Below are positions 1 through 13,300 of a DNA stretch of 64,000 nt, piece after piece. Position 1 is the first letter of the stretch; the number at the start of each line of letters is the position of its first letter. Location of the stretch: positions 2,298,127-2,362,126 of the forward strand of contig MU053594.1 of NCBI GenBank assembly GCA_013239625.1. The letters run 5' to 3'. The translations under genes and the position numbers were made by a program. This DNA comes from Lama guanicoe. Its lineage: Eukaryota. Below the pieces are notes generated by a model. It did not search any database, was not told the DNA's origin, and saw only the letters and a list, made by a program, of their open reading frames with translations.

Positions 1-19
1 GAGATGCAAGAGGGACTCG

Positions 20-810
20 GCTTCCTTGGCTTTTACTCACGTGAAATGGGGACCACACCGGGATTTTGAGCAGCCCCAGTTTTCATTTTAAAAGGATGAC
101 TCTGAGACTGTGTGAGACTAGACTGAAGAGAGGCAAGCTCGGACTCAGGATGATCAGTAAGTCTGGTAGCAGTCCAGGCAAGCGATGCCTTGCACCAGGC
201 TGGCCGCAGCATAGGTGATGAGAAGTGGGCAGGTGATGGATATACTTGAAGGCAGAGTTTGTGAAGGAAGAGTTTCTGAAGAATTTCTCGATGAATTGGT
301 TGTGGGGTGAACATAACAGAGAGAGAGGTTTTAAGGAAGGCTCTGGCCTGAAAAATCAGAAGCATACAGTTGCCATCAACTGAGATGGGGAAGGTGCCGA
401 TGGAGCAGGTTTGGAAAGAACTGGTTTGGGGCATGTTATTAGACTTACCAGTGAAGGTGGCTAGTAAGTTGGATGTATGAGTTGAGTTAGAGAGTTGCGT
501 TGGGGCTGGAGATAAAAATTTGAGAGTTGTTGACATATAGATGGGATTTAAAGCTAGAAGACTGGATGAGAACCCCAAGGGGAATGACTAGAGGACAGAC
601 TGAATCCTGTCCCTTTAACATAAAGAAGAAGAGGAGGGTCAGCAGAGGAGGCTGACAGGGAACAGTCAGAGAGGTTGGAGGAAAACCAGAGGAAGCCAGT
701 GTCCTGGGAACCAAGTAAAGAAGATGGAACAGGAGGAGGAAGGGACCACGTGTGTCAAATGCTGCTGTCAGGTGAGGACAGAGAACTGACCCTTCTCTGA
801 GTTTCACAGG
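20..810 (-). mobile_element. L2 LINE fragment
   Basis: Minus-strand translation HLYVNNSQIFISSP resembles a decayed L2 RT motif (HLYADDSQIYISSP), and the composition is typical of L2. Confidence 0.8.
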
Positions 811-1300
811 AGCTAGAGTGTAACGGTTCTGTGATCTGGGTGACCAATGTCGCCATCACCATCAACAGCCACAAAATAAATCTCTGACTCAGTAACTAAT
901 GGAGATTTGATTTCAGAGAGATGTACACGGAACATTTACTTAGGAGTCAGGACATCCAGAATCTAGCCTCAGATCTACCACCAGAAATAGCCATACAGTT
1001 TGGGTCAAGTTGCTTAATCTCTCCTTAAGTACAAAATGTAACTAAAAACATTTATGCTTCCTATCTTGCAGGATTGCTGGGTGGGTCAAATGAGACTACA
1101 TATATGTGTGTATATATATCTACTATATAAAATATGCCTTGAAATTGATGAAGCTTTATATACATAATGAAAAAAGGTATGTTCTTGTTTATAACTCAAG
1201 AATGAATTGACCTTTAATGGGAGATGGTCTTTTTAAGAAGACCATCTTCTTCTTCTCTTGTGGTTTGAGAAGCAGCCTGAGCGTCAAGCCAGTGCACCAC

Positions 1301-4300
1301 CTAGAGAGGCCAGAAATATCTGACTGGGTCGCACCCTGAGGCATTTACTCCGTGAGGGGTCGATTTTAATCGAGACCGCGTGCTGCGCAAGTTGAAGCCA
1401 GTTACCTCTTCTGATGACTCTGGCTCCAGGTGAGACTGGTGCTTCCCTTCAATGAGCTTAGAGAGAAGATCCCTTCCTGTTTCAGAGGTGGGCTGCTCAT
1501 CCAGCAGAATAGCCCTTAGGCTTTGGTCAAGCTGACTGTCCCGGGAAGCTGCTGACATTTGCAGTGTGATGGAGAATGCTTCCCTGAAATAAGCCTTCAA
1601 CCCCTGGTCAAGGAAAAGGTCAGGGGGCAGATCACTTCGGCTTCCAGGCAATTGCTATTTAAGTTTTACAATAATAGTGGAAAGCAAAGCGGGGTTTGCG
1701 ATTTGTCATCTTTACTTGCTCTCATCGCAGGTTACCACTGTCATTTGTGATTCTGGTGAAGTTTACGTGTTGACAGTGAAATTCCCATAGAGAGCTGTGA
1801 CGCTGTTCTCACAGGAAGATCACGTCTCTCCAGCATTCTTAGTGTGGTGCATGCACTTGGTCATACGCTGCCACAGGAAATTTGATTGGGAAACTCTTCT
1901 TGGCCAGGCAGGAGGAACCAAAGGCCACCAGTGGGATTGAAGTAGATTTGAAATGTTACCAAGCTTATGGCATTTACTCTCCTGGGGACTGGGCTGTGAG
2001 TCACAGAGATGGAGAATCAAAAAGCCCCATGCGTGTTATAAATACCTTGTAAAAGGACCTCAGGAAGGCAGGGTTGGAGTCCTGGTGGAGGTCCTGGGCA
2101 GCGATGTGGGCCAGGCAGTGGATCAACAGCAGAACGAAGCCTCCCACCGATGCCAAACACTCTCTCCCAACAAACAGTGTGTTTTCAGCACTCTGAGCGG
2201 AGAAAATACCCAAACCCAGAGATGTCACCCTCAGGGAACATTTTTACTGCCTCTTCCTTTTTCTAGTTTTGTATGATGTAAAACAACTTTTGGAATCATA
2301 ACATCAGAGACTCCCTGGGCCTAATGGAAATTTACTGAAGGCAAGATTCAGATGTCAAGGGAAAAGGGACCGTTTTAGCTCAGCTCTCTGAATAAATCAT
2401 TTTCTCCACTGTCTCGCAATTTTTTTTGCTACCCTTAGCTTACAGAAAATAAACAATTGGAAATTCAGAGAAAAATCATTCATGTATCTATTTAAAAAAA
2501 TGGTAGGGGGGAGGAAATAATTAGGTTTATTTATTAATGGAGGTACTGGGGATTGAACCCAGGACCTCATGTATGCTAAGCACGTGCCCTACCACTGAGC
2601 TATACCCTCCCTGTCATGTTTCTGTTTTTTTTTTTAAATCAATGTCATCCAATTATTATTTCCTTACACAGCAGTTCTCAAACTTTAGTGTGAGTAAGAA
2701 TCACATGAGGGCAATTCTACTTTGGGGGCCCACCCCAGAATTTCTGGTTTCCTGGGCTTTAAGTGGGGCTTGGCATTTCCATTTTGACCAGATTCCCAGA
2801 TGGCTGGTTCACGGGGTCCAAGGACCGAAGTTTGAGAAGCACTGCCTTAGGGGCTTTCAGACTTTCCTTGCCTTTCATGACTTTATTGTAATCAAGTTCT
2901 CAAATCTCCTGTCTTGTCTAGTTGATTTGAAATAACTCCTTGTTCATCCTCTGAAGAGACAATAGGTTGGCACAGAAAAGCCTTGGATGGTTTGGAATCA
3001 GTCTGAGATCAGTTTCTGGAACCAGCTGTGGGTGGCAGCACAGACTGGTGGTTAAAAAATGAGTTTGGTGTCAAATGTACCTGGGCTTGAGTTTCAACTC
3101 TTGCTACACTGTGATCTTGGGCAAGTCACTGGGCCCCTCTGGGCCTCAATTTCCTAATTCATAAAATGGAAATGACAAGAGCACACATCCCTTGGGGTTG
3201 GGCTCCTGAAAGTTACAAGTGAGATAATACATGAGACACACGGCCAAGTGCCTGGCACTCAGCACTCAGTGAATCCGGTCTGTTTTCCCATCAGTAAAAT
3301 GGGATTAAATTCTTGCCTCTTTCATAGATTGCCTTGAGGATCAAGTGAAGTAATGCCTGAAGAATACAACATATGAGTCGTTTTTGGTCTTACTAAATCG
3401 CCTAACAACCTACTAGTCAAGTATAAATCATTTCCTCATCCTCTAACATTGGTTAGCAGTTCTGCCTCTCACATAGTGTTTACCAATGCAGTGTCTGAGT
3501 ATTTAAGGTCCATATCCACCTAGGCACTGACAGTCTACATATCTGAGGAACTTCCAGGGCAGGAACAAGTTAGATCCCTCTCTGTAGAAAGGTGCTGACT
3601 GTGCAGGAGTTCCTGAAGCTGGAACCGTGACTCTTACGGGAAACACCAGCCTGGAACCAACTGGCTTTGGTAGTGACAGAAATTCATTAATGGGCGCAGA
3701 GCCATTATGAGTCTCTGGGCACCAGCCCAGGACGGAGTCATTTCACTAATTAGAGAAAGCTCTTACATGGTGACATTTATTATGCCTTAGCTAAATGACT
3801 TATTACCTAGAGGAAATAAAATATGTGAGGACTTGAGAGAGAAAAACGTGTATGACATTTGTTCTTTTGGCTTCTCTCTTTATGAGACCCTAGAATTCTA
3901 TAAACCCACATCTGGGGCTGGGAATTTGAAGGACCTGATAGAAGAAGGAACCCTGGAAGGCATTGTCTGAAGCTTCCAAGGCAGGAAGACGGGAAGCAAT
4001 CTGCAGGGTGATCTCTGGAGCCTGCAAAGAAACAAAAATGAAAACAAAACCAAAACCCATCCTTTTGCTAAAAAAATTCTCATGCAGCTCAGTTACATAG
4101 CACCAACCAAAGTAATGGGAAGTAAATGCTTTGGAACATCAATTTAAATTGAGCAGGTTAAGTCGATTGTACTACATACGAACAATGGAAAGAGTATTTA
4201 ACTCGGTGTTTGAAATTCAGGAGAACTATAAGCATTGACTTACTGCTTTTCTAAACAGAGGTAGAGTTGCAGTCAGGCGCGAGGGCTCTCCGGCCATGAT

Positions 4301-7300
4301 GCCTGGGTTCTAACCTGGCTCCACCCTTTTATTGTACATTCTTGGGTAAGTTTACTCAACCACCTTATGTATTTCCCCTCCATTTTAAAATGAGGAAAAA
4401 ACATGATAGTATCTTTGCCGTAGGGTTTTTGTGAAGATTAGATGAGTTCATTAATGCAAATTAAAAGAGCATTTTCTGTCCTGCACAAAGTGCTGGATTC
4501 ATTCCACTTGCTGTCCTATCATCTGAGAGATCAGACCTTAGGTTGTGAAGTGACTCCCATCAGGCCCCCTAAAGGAGAGACTTAGAAAGTCCCCTGTTCC
4601 GGGTACTTCATCCTAAGGACTATCCACCACCTCAAAGCCTCCTTCCTGGCCACCCTGACCTCCTTGGCTCCATGGGTGACCGCTGCACAGAGAGGCCAGT
4701 CGCCAGACTCACATGAAGCTGGGGGATGAGGAGGTGCAGGATGGAGAGGCCGTGCTGGTAGACCACAAACTCCCTGGCAGAAAGGTCTGTGGATTGCACA
4801 GTTACCAGCTCTTCCTTCTGCATTATCTGAGGTTTTGGGAGATCCTGCAAAGAGCTTTTTGGGGCTACAGACATCAAGAGAAAACAGTGATAATTTCACT
4901 GGCTTTTCTGTATAGTGATGCTATACTAATAAAAACAACAACAAAATTCAGCTTAGGAAAAGGTGTATTTGTATCAATCTGTCCATCCTTCCCTCCCTCT
5001 ATCCCTCCCTCCTCCATCCATCCCCTCATCCATCCATCCATCCATCCTCCTGTGCTATATATATGTTGTGCCTCAGGCTCTCCTGCCAATCTTCATGGAA
5101 AAGCATTTCAGCCCCAGTCATTAGAAATGGCTCAGGCCAGCCACATTCTCTTTCCAGCTTCGAGAGGTGTTTTTGGCAAAGTGATCTGGAGTTCCTTTCT
5201 GGGGCAAGATCCTCTTTCTCTCTGTTTCCTCTGTCTCCCTGTGTCTCAACCTTTTCCATTAATTCCTTGCAATATGTGGCTGGGGTAAAACTCCAAGATT
5301 TAGATTCAGTGTTCAGTGGGGAGACACAGGGCTTTTAGGAATTCCCTTTAGGGAATTGGCCAAGTTATTATTACAGTGAGACTTTGATTTCTGTTTGTTA
5401 TTCCTTATATGGAAAAATCCCTTGGAATCTTTTTTTTTAAATTGAAGTATAGTTAGTTACAGTGTGTCAATTTCTGTTGTACAGTATACCGTCCCAGTCA
5501 TGCATATATATAAATATATATATATACACATACACACATATATTCATTTTCATTAAAGGTTATTACAAGATATTGACTATAGTTCCCTGTGCTGTATAGA
5601 AGAAATTTGTTTTTTTAAATCTATTTTTATATATAGTGGTTAACATTTGTCAATCTCAAACTCCCCAGTTTACCCCTTCCCACCCCCTTTCCCCTGGTAA
5701 CCATAAGATTGTTTACTATGTCTGTGGGTCTGTTTCTGCTTTGTAGATGAGTTCATTAGTGTCCTCTGGGAACCTTAGGATGGGGGTGGGGAGAAAGGGA
5801 TGATTGGCAAGGAGGAATTCTGATGCTTCTAGTCCTGGGTGTTACGCCACTGAACCCATGTCAGTGCGCCATGATAATTCTAAACAGGGGCCACCGGGGA
5901 AGGAGGTTACCTGGTTTGTGATGCACTTGTCCTTGATGTTCAGCTCCATCCTTGTGGACTTGGGACCTGGTGTCTACTTTCTTCAGGGTGGAGAAGAGTG
6001 GTGAGGTCCACATGATGTCAACTTTATCTGCATCTGAACAGAGGAGAAGAAAGTAATTGTTGGAGTAAGGGTGCAAGAACTGTGGCCAAAGACCAAAAGA
6101 GCCAGACGTGGCATCAGGTGTGACAGGCAGCCTCTATGACAGTGCCCAGGGTCCCCCGTTGTGTATCTGTGCCCTGTGTGATCTCTTCCCCTTGAGTATG
6201 GGTTGCATCTAGTAATTCGCTTCTAATGCACAGAATATGGCAGAAGTGGTGAGAGCAGGATACAAGAAGACTATGGTTTCCACCATTCTTTGCCCTCTCT
6301 CACTTGCTCTGAAGGAAGCTAGTCACCATCTTGTGAGCGGCACTGTGAAGTCCATGTGGCAAGGAATCGCTGTCTCTGGACAGCAGCCAGTGAGGACTTG
6401 AGGTCTGCCAACAGCCATGAGAGTGAACTTGGATTCTGCAGTCAAACCTTGAGATGACCACAGCCCTGGCCCGACGCCTTGATGTGGCCCGTATGAGACC
6501 CTGAGCTAGAGGCCCCCAGCTAAGCTGCACCCAGATTCTTGACCCACAGAAACCATGAGATAATAAATGTTTGTTGTATTAAGCAGTGAAATTTTGGGGT
6601 AGTTTGTTACACAGCAATGTACTCGTAATACCTTGGGTTTCTTTATATTCTTCCTTAAGAACCTATTGTGGCCACACTCTGATGGTGCTTGGAGCTCTAA
6701 TTATATTAGAACTTATCAAAGCATGATCAGGATTGGCAGCAGAAGGGAAAGCTGGACCCGTGACCAGCCTTACCTGTTCCTGGCCCCCCATCCTCCAGTC
6801 CTAGCCCGCCGCGTTGAGTTCCCGCCAGCACTGTAGTGAGGCTCTTCAGAAAGGGGATCAACTGCGGGCAGGCAGCAGCCTGGGCCCTGGGAGAAGTGGT
6901 GGTTGTTCCATAGAATCTGTCTCCAGGGTAATTCTCCAAACACACAGGGGTTCCTGAAGCAACAATCTAGGATGCAATAGTCAGGACCTAGTTGTGTGCT
7001 TGGTTCCCACGTGTGCCCACTTATCTCTGAAGCATCCAACAAAAACTGGACATGCAGGTCTCCTCGGCCAAGTCTGGAGGTCAGTACCTGGGTGTGCAAG
7101 AGCTGGAGGCGGCTCAGCGCCCGTTGGTACTGCAGCTGCCCGAGGGCCCTGTCCAGGAAGCTCTGTCTCTCCCTCACCGTCTCCTGGAACTCAGCCGAGA
7201 GATGCTGAAGCACCTAGGACACGGGAAATGAAATGCCCCAAGAGAGTTGGAGAGTCTTTCTCTTTCTTCCGGTTCCCCTCCCTGCCCACCTGCTGCTCCC

Positions 7301-10300
7301 TGAGCCCACCCACCTCTGAATGTTGCATTGTCCTGAAGAGCTACATCTGATGACATGGGCAGACGTGCTATCTCGCATGGGTCCCCTTGTCAGCCCCTGA
7401 GCCTCACCTGCCTGGGGCGGTTCCAGATCTGTGGACTCTGATTTTTCCTCTGCTGGAGCCGCATCTCCTGCTCCTGGCCCCGCAGCCGGCCAGCTGCCTG
7501 CCTGAGCTTTTCGGCTGCCTGTCCCAAACTCTGCAAGACTTTCTGCATGCCCAGCGTCACCTGCGTCTCCCGTTCCCACTCCTCTCTGTCTGCTGCAAGG
7601 GGCAGAGAAAAGGGCCACGTGGCAGCGCCACCCCTAGGGGCAGGGAGGAGAAGGAAAGACGCAGTGGCTTATTGGAGGGGGCTGGGGGGACTGCCAGGTT
7701 GGAGCCAGGGCCCGGCTGGGGGCCTGGGAGGTGAGCACATGGAGAGGGCAGGAGGCAGCCCCGCTGGGCACCTGGGGGCGGCGGCACCACTCCCAGAGGT
7801 TTCTGCCCTGGGATCTGGGCCCCGGAGATGCGTTCCCACCTTGAGAGAGCAGGCCCCGCTCCGGGCCGCTGTGCCTGCTCAGGGCTCTGGCTCGCCTCTG
7901 GGTCTCCCGCAGGCAGGAGGCCTCCAGTGCCGCGCAGGCCCCCTCAGCCGCCTTCAGCTGCGGGGATGGGAAGCCCAGAGCGGTGGGCCGGGGAGGGGAG
8001 GCGGGAGCTCTGGGCTGGACCAGCGCCGCCTCCCCCTCCATCCTGCAGAGCCGCGGAGGGATAACTGAAGCCGGGCCTGGAGCTGGGGCATCCTGGCCCT
8101 CTGCCCTGAGAAGGACTCCATGCCTGTGGCTGGGAACAGACAATGGCCCCCCACTTCCAAGAGAACCCTGTGAGGACTGGGCAGGCGGGCGGGTGGGGCC
8201 GGGAGGTGGGGCCTCACCTGCTGCCCTGGGTCTTTCCCTGGAGCGGAGAGCAGCGCCCGACTCAGGGCCGCCAGGTGCTCCGCCAGCCGCGCCTCCTCAT
8301 GTTCCTGGCGGCGCCAGTGCTGCTCCCGGGCTCTCAGCTCCTTCTCCAGGGTGTCCAGCTACAACATCCAGATTGTTTAGGCCTCGGACACTTTTTCTCT
8401 TCACAGCCTGGGTCTGGCTGAAGGTCCCTAAAGCCTCTTAAGACATAGGTCTCCCCACCCCTGGGCGTCCATGACTAAGCCTAGTGAAGCAGGTGACTTG
8501 GCGGTAAATGGAAAAAGAATCACCACACACCACACACCTCCCTGCCTGTTTTGAACACCTGGACTCTCCAGGGTCACCTGCCCCTGCCCACCTTTCTCCT
8601 GGGAAGCCAGAGGGGATGGGCGTGTGGCAGCGGGAAGGTGTTCCCAGACCCTCAGATACCCTTCTGTGAAACCGTGAGTCGGGGCTAGAATTTAAATTTC
8701 GTAGCTTCTAATGAGAATCTTTTATAACATATCCATCCTGGTTTCTGAAACTGTAACTAGGCTGAGAATGTATGGGAGGGCCCTAAATCATTTTCATTTT
8801 CCTGGAGAAACTGCCAAAGGCTGAATTACTGCAATATCCTCCTGACAGGGCTTCCGGCTCTAGTGTGGCCCTGCCCCCATCCATCCTCTGCACAGCTGCC
8901 AGAGGGAACTTTCTAGAATGCTGATTACAGATACACACACACAAGCTTGACAATGTCTGGAAGGAGGTGTGCCAGCCCGTTAATAGTGGCTGCATCTGTG
9001 GGAGACACTGGAGGAGAGAAGAGTGTTCAGATAGGGGAGCAAAACGGGGGTTGGGGTATGTTGACAGCAGATGGAGTGAAAGTGAAGGGGAGGAGGGGGC
9101 TCTGGCATCTTTAATTGGATACTTTAAAAAAAGAAGTAGGATTTTGAGTAACTTATTTTCTTTTTGTATTGTTCCAAATTTTCCAAATGTGAAAGCCTTG
9201 CAAATATCCCTGTCTGATCATATCATGTGTCTCCTTAGAATCCTTCGATGGCTCCCCACGGCTTTCATGGTAAGTCACATTTCGTGGCTTCAGTCAAGCA
9301 CACAAGACTGTTCCTGATTCGTTTCTGCCCTTCCTCATTGGCCCCATCTGCTATCTTTGCCCCTGTGCCTTCCTCATTCTCCTGGAACATTCATGATCTC
9401 ACACGTGCTACCTTTGCACGTGCTGGCCCTGCTTCAGGTTTCAGTCCAAGCTCATCCTCTTTGGGGAAGCCTCCCTTGAACTCTCGCCCTGTGATTTAGA
9501 TGCCCTTCCTCCGTGCTCCCTTCGCACCCCTGTAAGCCACGATCATGGCTGAAACCTGTGGCTGGCCAGTTCCCTGAGGAGAGGAGCCCTGTCTAGCTAT
9601 CTATGCATCTCAACACCTAACACAGTGCCTGGAACATAGAAATATCTTGGTAAGCAGTTGCTGAGTGAATGAAGAAATGAGCAAACCCCTCCTACGTACC
9701 AGACCAGGGTCCCTCACTTCCCGAGGTAAGGCCTCCAGCACCTGGACAACGGGCACCACCACCCCGGCAGAGGGATCCGTTTGAGCACCAATGACAGGCC
9801 CAGCTTCCCCCGTCAATGGGTCTATGGCTTGAGCCCCAACTGCAATTGGGACCAGACCTGCGGGATGCCAAGCCCACCATCGGCGTTAGTAACCAGAAAT
9901 GGGGAAAGAAGGAAGGAGTGGTCCTGGGAAGAAGGAAGCACTGCTGGGAGGGAGCTGACGGAGCCCTTCGAACCCTGCTCACCCTTCTTTATTTTGGGTC
10001 TCAGCAGCCCCAGTGATGGTAGCAGGATGACCCCATTCCTTGGCTCACCAGTGAATGGACTGGGGGCACCCCTCCTGAGCTTTACAGGGGCTTCAGTCAC
10101 ATTCCTGACTCTCCCCCACCCCTCAGGCTTTCAGAGGCCCCAAGGCCCCTCCTACCTTTGCCATCAGCATCTTCCATTGAACCTGCCAGGGGAGCGGCGG
10201 CACCAGAATTCCCGTCACTCTCCATGCCCAGGACGGGAACCAGGAGCCCTGAGCCCTCGGGGTCTGGGATCTCCATCCCATACAGGACCGGGACCCTCAG

Positions 10301-13300
10301 GGCTGTCCCAGGATAGCACATCATCCCTAGCACCAGGGGAGAGGGGCACAGAGAGGAGGAGATGAGGGCCAAGGGCCACACCAGGCCCACAGGGCTACAC
10401 CCCTGACCAGAGAGGCGTCCCTGCCAGGACGGCATTGTTTCCTTTGGGGCCCAGCTTAGCACTTTGAATTCAGAGGGGAAGAAGTGAAGGGCAATAAGAC
10501 TTCTGGGATATGGAGAACAATTTCCAGACTACACTGAAAAGGTGAAAGAGAAGGGGACAAATATTCTCGAGCGCCTGCTGTGTGCCAGAGTCTGAGCTCA
10601 GAACTCCACACAGATTGTGCTTTATCTGGTCCTACAAGTAAATCAATCTTTGAAGTATGTACTATTTTCATCCTCATTTTAAAGATGCTGTAACAGAGGC
10701 AGAGTGAGGTTTAGAACCTTGCCCGAGGTCAAAGGGTTAACAAATGGTGGGGCAGGTCTTCAAACTCAAGTCAGTTCTGATCCCAAGCCCTGATTCCTTT
10801 CTGACACACCACGGGCAGAAGCTTCTAGAAAGAGTGAGTGAGGCTCTAGGCAGGTGCCCCTCCTACTTCCTTTCCCTGCCCTTCCTTGTGTTAGTGCAGT
10901 GGGTGCAGTGGAGGAGTGGGGTGGGCTCCTTTCCTGAGGTGGTTAATGGGACGCTGAAGGCTGTTGCAGGAATGAAAGTGACAAGGGGACGGGGGACTCG
11001 GGGGACTCAGGTTTTAGGCCTGGGTGTGCAGCTAACTAGCTACGAGATCCTGGCGGACGAGTCTCTTAACTCCCTCAGCTTTGGATTCTGCAGTTTCACA
11101 TGGGTGTTATGTTACAGTGCTTGGGGATCCTATGAAATTACAGGAGAATCCGCACTTCACACACATTGAGTGTGAGACCCGGTGGAATTGGCAAGAGATT
11201 AAAAGACAGAGATGAAAAACCAAGCAATCATGAGCTCAGCGTGGAAAGTCATCAGATTCTTCTCTCTTCCCTTGATCATGTGTGTGCCTGGTGGGGCTGC
11301 AGCCCTGTCCCTGAGCCTACGGGCTGAGGAGGACCAAAGCACCAGGCCATTCTGGGGCTGGGACTTCAGGGCCGGGAGCCTCCAGTCCAGGTCAACACGT
11401 ACCGATCCTGCCGCCGCTGACCATGATGCTCTCCGCTGCCTCCCGCTGCCCCTGCAGCCTCCGGGCCTGCTGCAGGATGTGGTGCAGGCTCAAGGCCAGC
11501 GCCTGTCTCATGTCCTTGATGGCAGCCTCCAGAAGCCCCTGTATCCTCGACTCTGGCCTCTCCTGGGTCCTCTGGAGCACTGTAATCACTCGCCTCTGGG
11601 CCACCAGCACGTTGGCATCCAGCAGGGCCTGTGACCCTCCCGTTTGGGGTATGGTCCGGCCCTCCTGTCGTGAAGCCCCCTGAAGCCGGACTGTCTTCCT
11701 GCTCAGTGGCTCCACAAAGCTGTCACCAGGCAGCATGAGGTTCCCCGAGGCGTCTCGCAGCCCTCCCAGTGCAAGCACCTGACCTGGAAGCAGGAGCCCA
11801 AGAGAGTGAGGCGGGGAGGGATGTAGGCAGATGAGGGATGAGGGAGCCACAGGGGTGGGGANNNNNNNNNNNNNNNNNNNNNNNNNNNNNNNNNNNNNNN
11901 NNNNNNNNNNNNNNNNNNNNNNNNNNNNNNNNNNNNNNNNNNNNNNNNNNNNNNNNNNNNNNNNNNNNNNNNNNNNNNNNNNNNNNNNNNNNNNNNNNNN
12001 NNNNNNNNNNNNNNNNNNNNNNNNNNNNNNNNNNNNNNNNNNNNNNNNNNNNNNNNNNNNNNNNNNNNNNNNNNNNNNNNNNNNNNNNNNNNNNNNNNNN
12101 NNNNNNNNNNNNNNNNNNNNNNNNNNNNNNNNNNNNNNNNNNNNNNNNNNNNNNNNNNNNNNNNNNNNNNNNNNNNNNNNNNNNNNNNNNNNNNNNNNNN
12201 NNNNNNNNNNNNNNNNNNNNNNNNNNNNNNNNNNNNNNNNNNNNNNNNNNNNNNNNNNNNNNNNNNNNNNNNNNNNNNNNNNNNNNNNNNNNNNNNNNNN
12301 NNNNNNNNNNNNNNNNNNNNNNNNNNNNNNNNNNNNNNNNNNNNNNNNNNNNNNNNNNNNNNNNNNNNNNNNNNNNNNNNNNNNNNNNNNNNNNNNNNNN
12401 NNNNNNNNNNNNNNNNNNNNNNNNNNNNNNNNNNNNNNNNNNNNNNNNNNNNNNNNNNNNNNNNNNNNNNNNNNNNNNNNNNNNNNNNNNNNNNNNNNNN
12501 NNNNNNNNNNNNNNNNNNNNNNNNNNNNNNNNNNNNNNNNNAGGGTAGGGGGCGAGGGGGAGATGGGGAGGGGGTAGAACACTGTGGTGGCAGGAGGAGG
12601 AATGCCCTTCTAGGTTGAAAAATTTTGCTGTACTTTTACTGCAGGAGCAGCTCAATTCTCTCTCCCCTCCCGGGGTGGGGGTGGGGGGGCACTGTGCTGA
12701 AGTTGGGGATAGGGGAGCCGGGAAGGAGAGGGAAGGTGGGGGTAAGAGGCAGAGTGAGGATGAAGAGTTGACATACTGGCTTGGGGTGGAGCCTGCAGCC
12801 TGGGCCAGAATGTGGAGGGTCTGGGGGGCTGTGAGGAAGGGACTCAGGGGATCAGGCCAGGTAGGGAGGAGAGGGCGGAAGGACAGCACGGAGGGCTGCC
12901 AGGAGACCTGTGCTTTCATCCAGCCCGACTCCCAGGATTGGAGAGATGCCTCCTGTGACCGGATCCTCCATGGGGCCCCCCAACTCTAGAGGGGCCAAGG
13001 TCTTGGTGAGGGGATTGCAGTATGTGCCCCCAAGAGTGAGCCACTGCCTCGTTTGTGGGTGCAGAGTCACAGCCAGCACGGGCACCTCGATGCCAGTGAG
13101 GGGGTCTGTCATGAGAGCCCCCAGCTGTGATGCCCTCCTTGGCTGCAGGACAGGCAGGCGGGTGGCTGCAGGGGAGCCTGTGGCAGGACAGGTGGGGTAG
13201 GGCACGTAGGGGAGGACGGCAGCGTCTGATGTTCGGACGGCACCTGGACAGGGAGGGAGACAGGGAGGTGCTGACACCCACCGCTGCCCCCAGCCCTGCT

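Noticed and set aside
1222..1247. Possible histone-type stem-loop or pre-miRNA
   Set aside because: It does not match the 6-bp stem/4-nt loop histone consensus and is too short for a pre-miRNA.
3927..3934. U12-type intron at GTCCTT
   Set aside because: The U12 consensus is RTATCCTT, and the AT at +3/+4 is missing.
11392..12919. Long ORFs of 236-398 aa in the track
   Set aside because: Their length comes from translating the N gap. Only the exon 17 portion is real.
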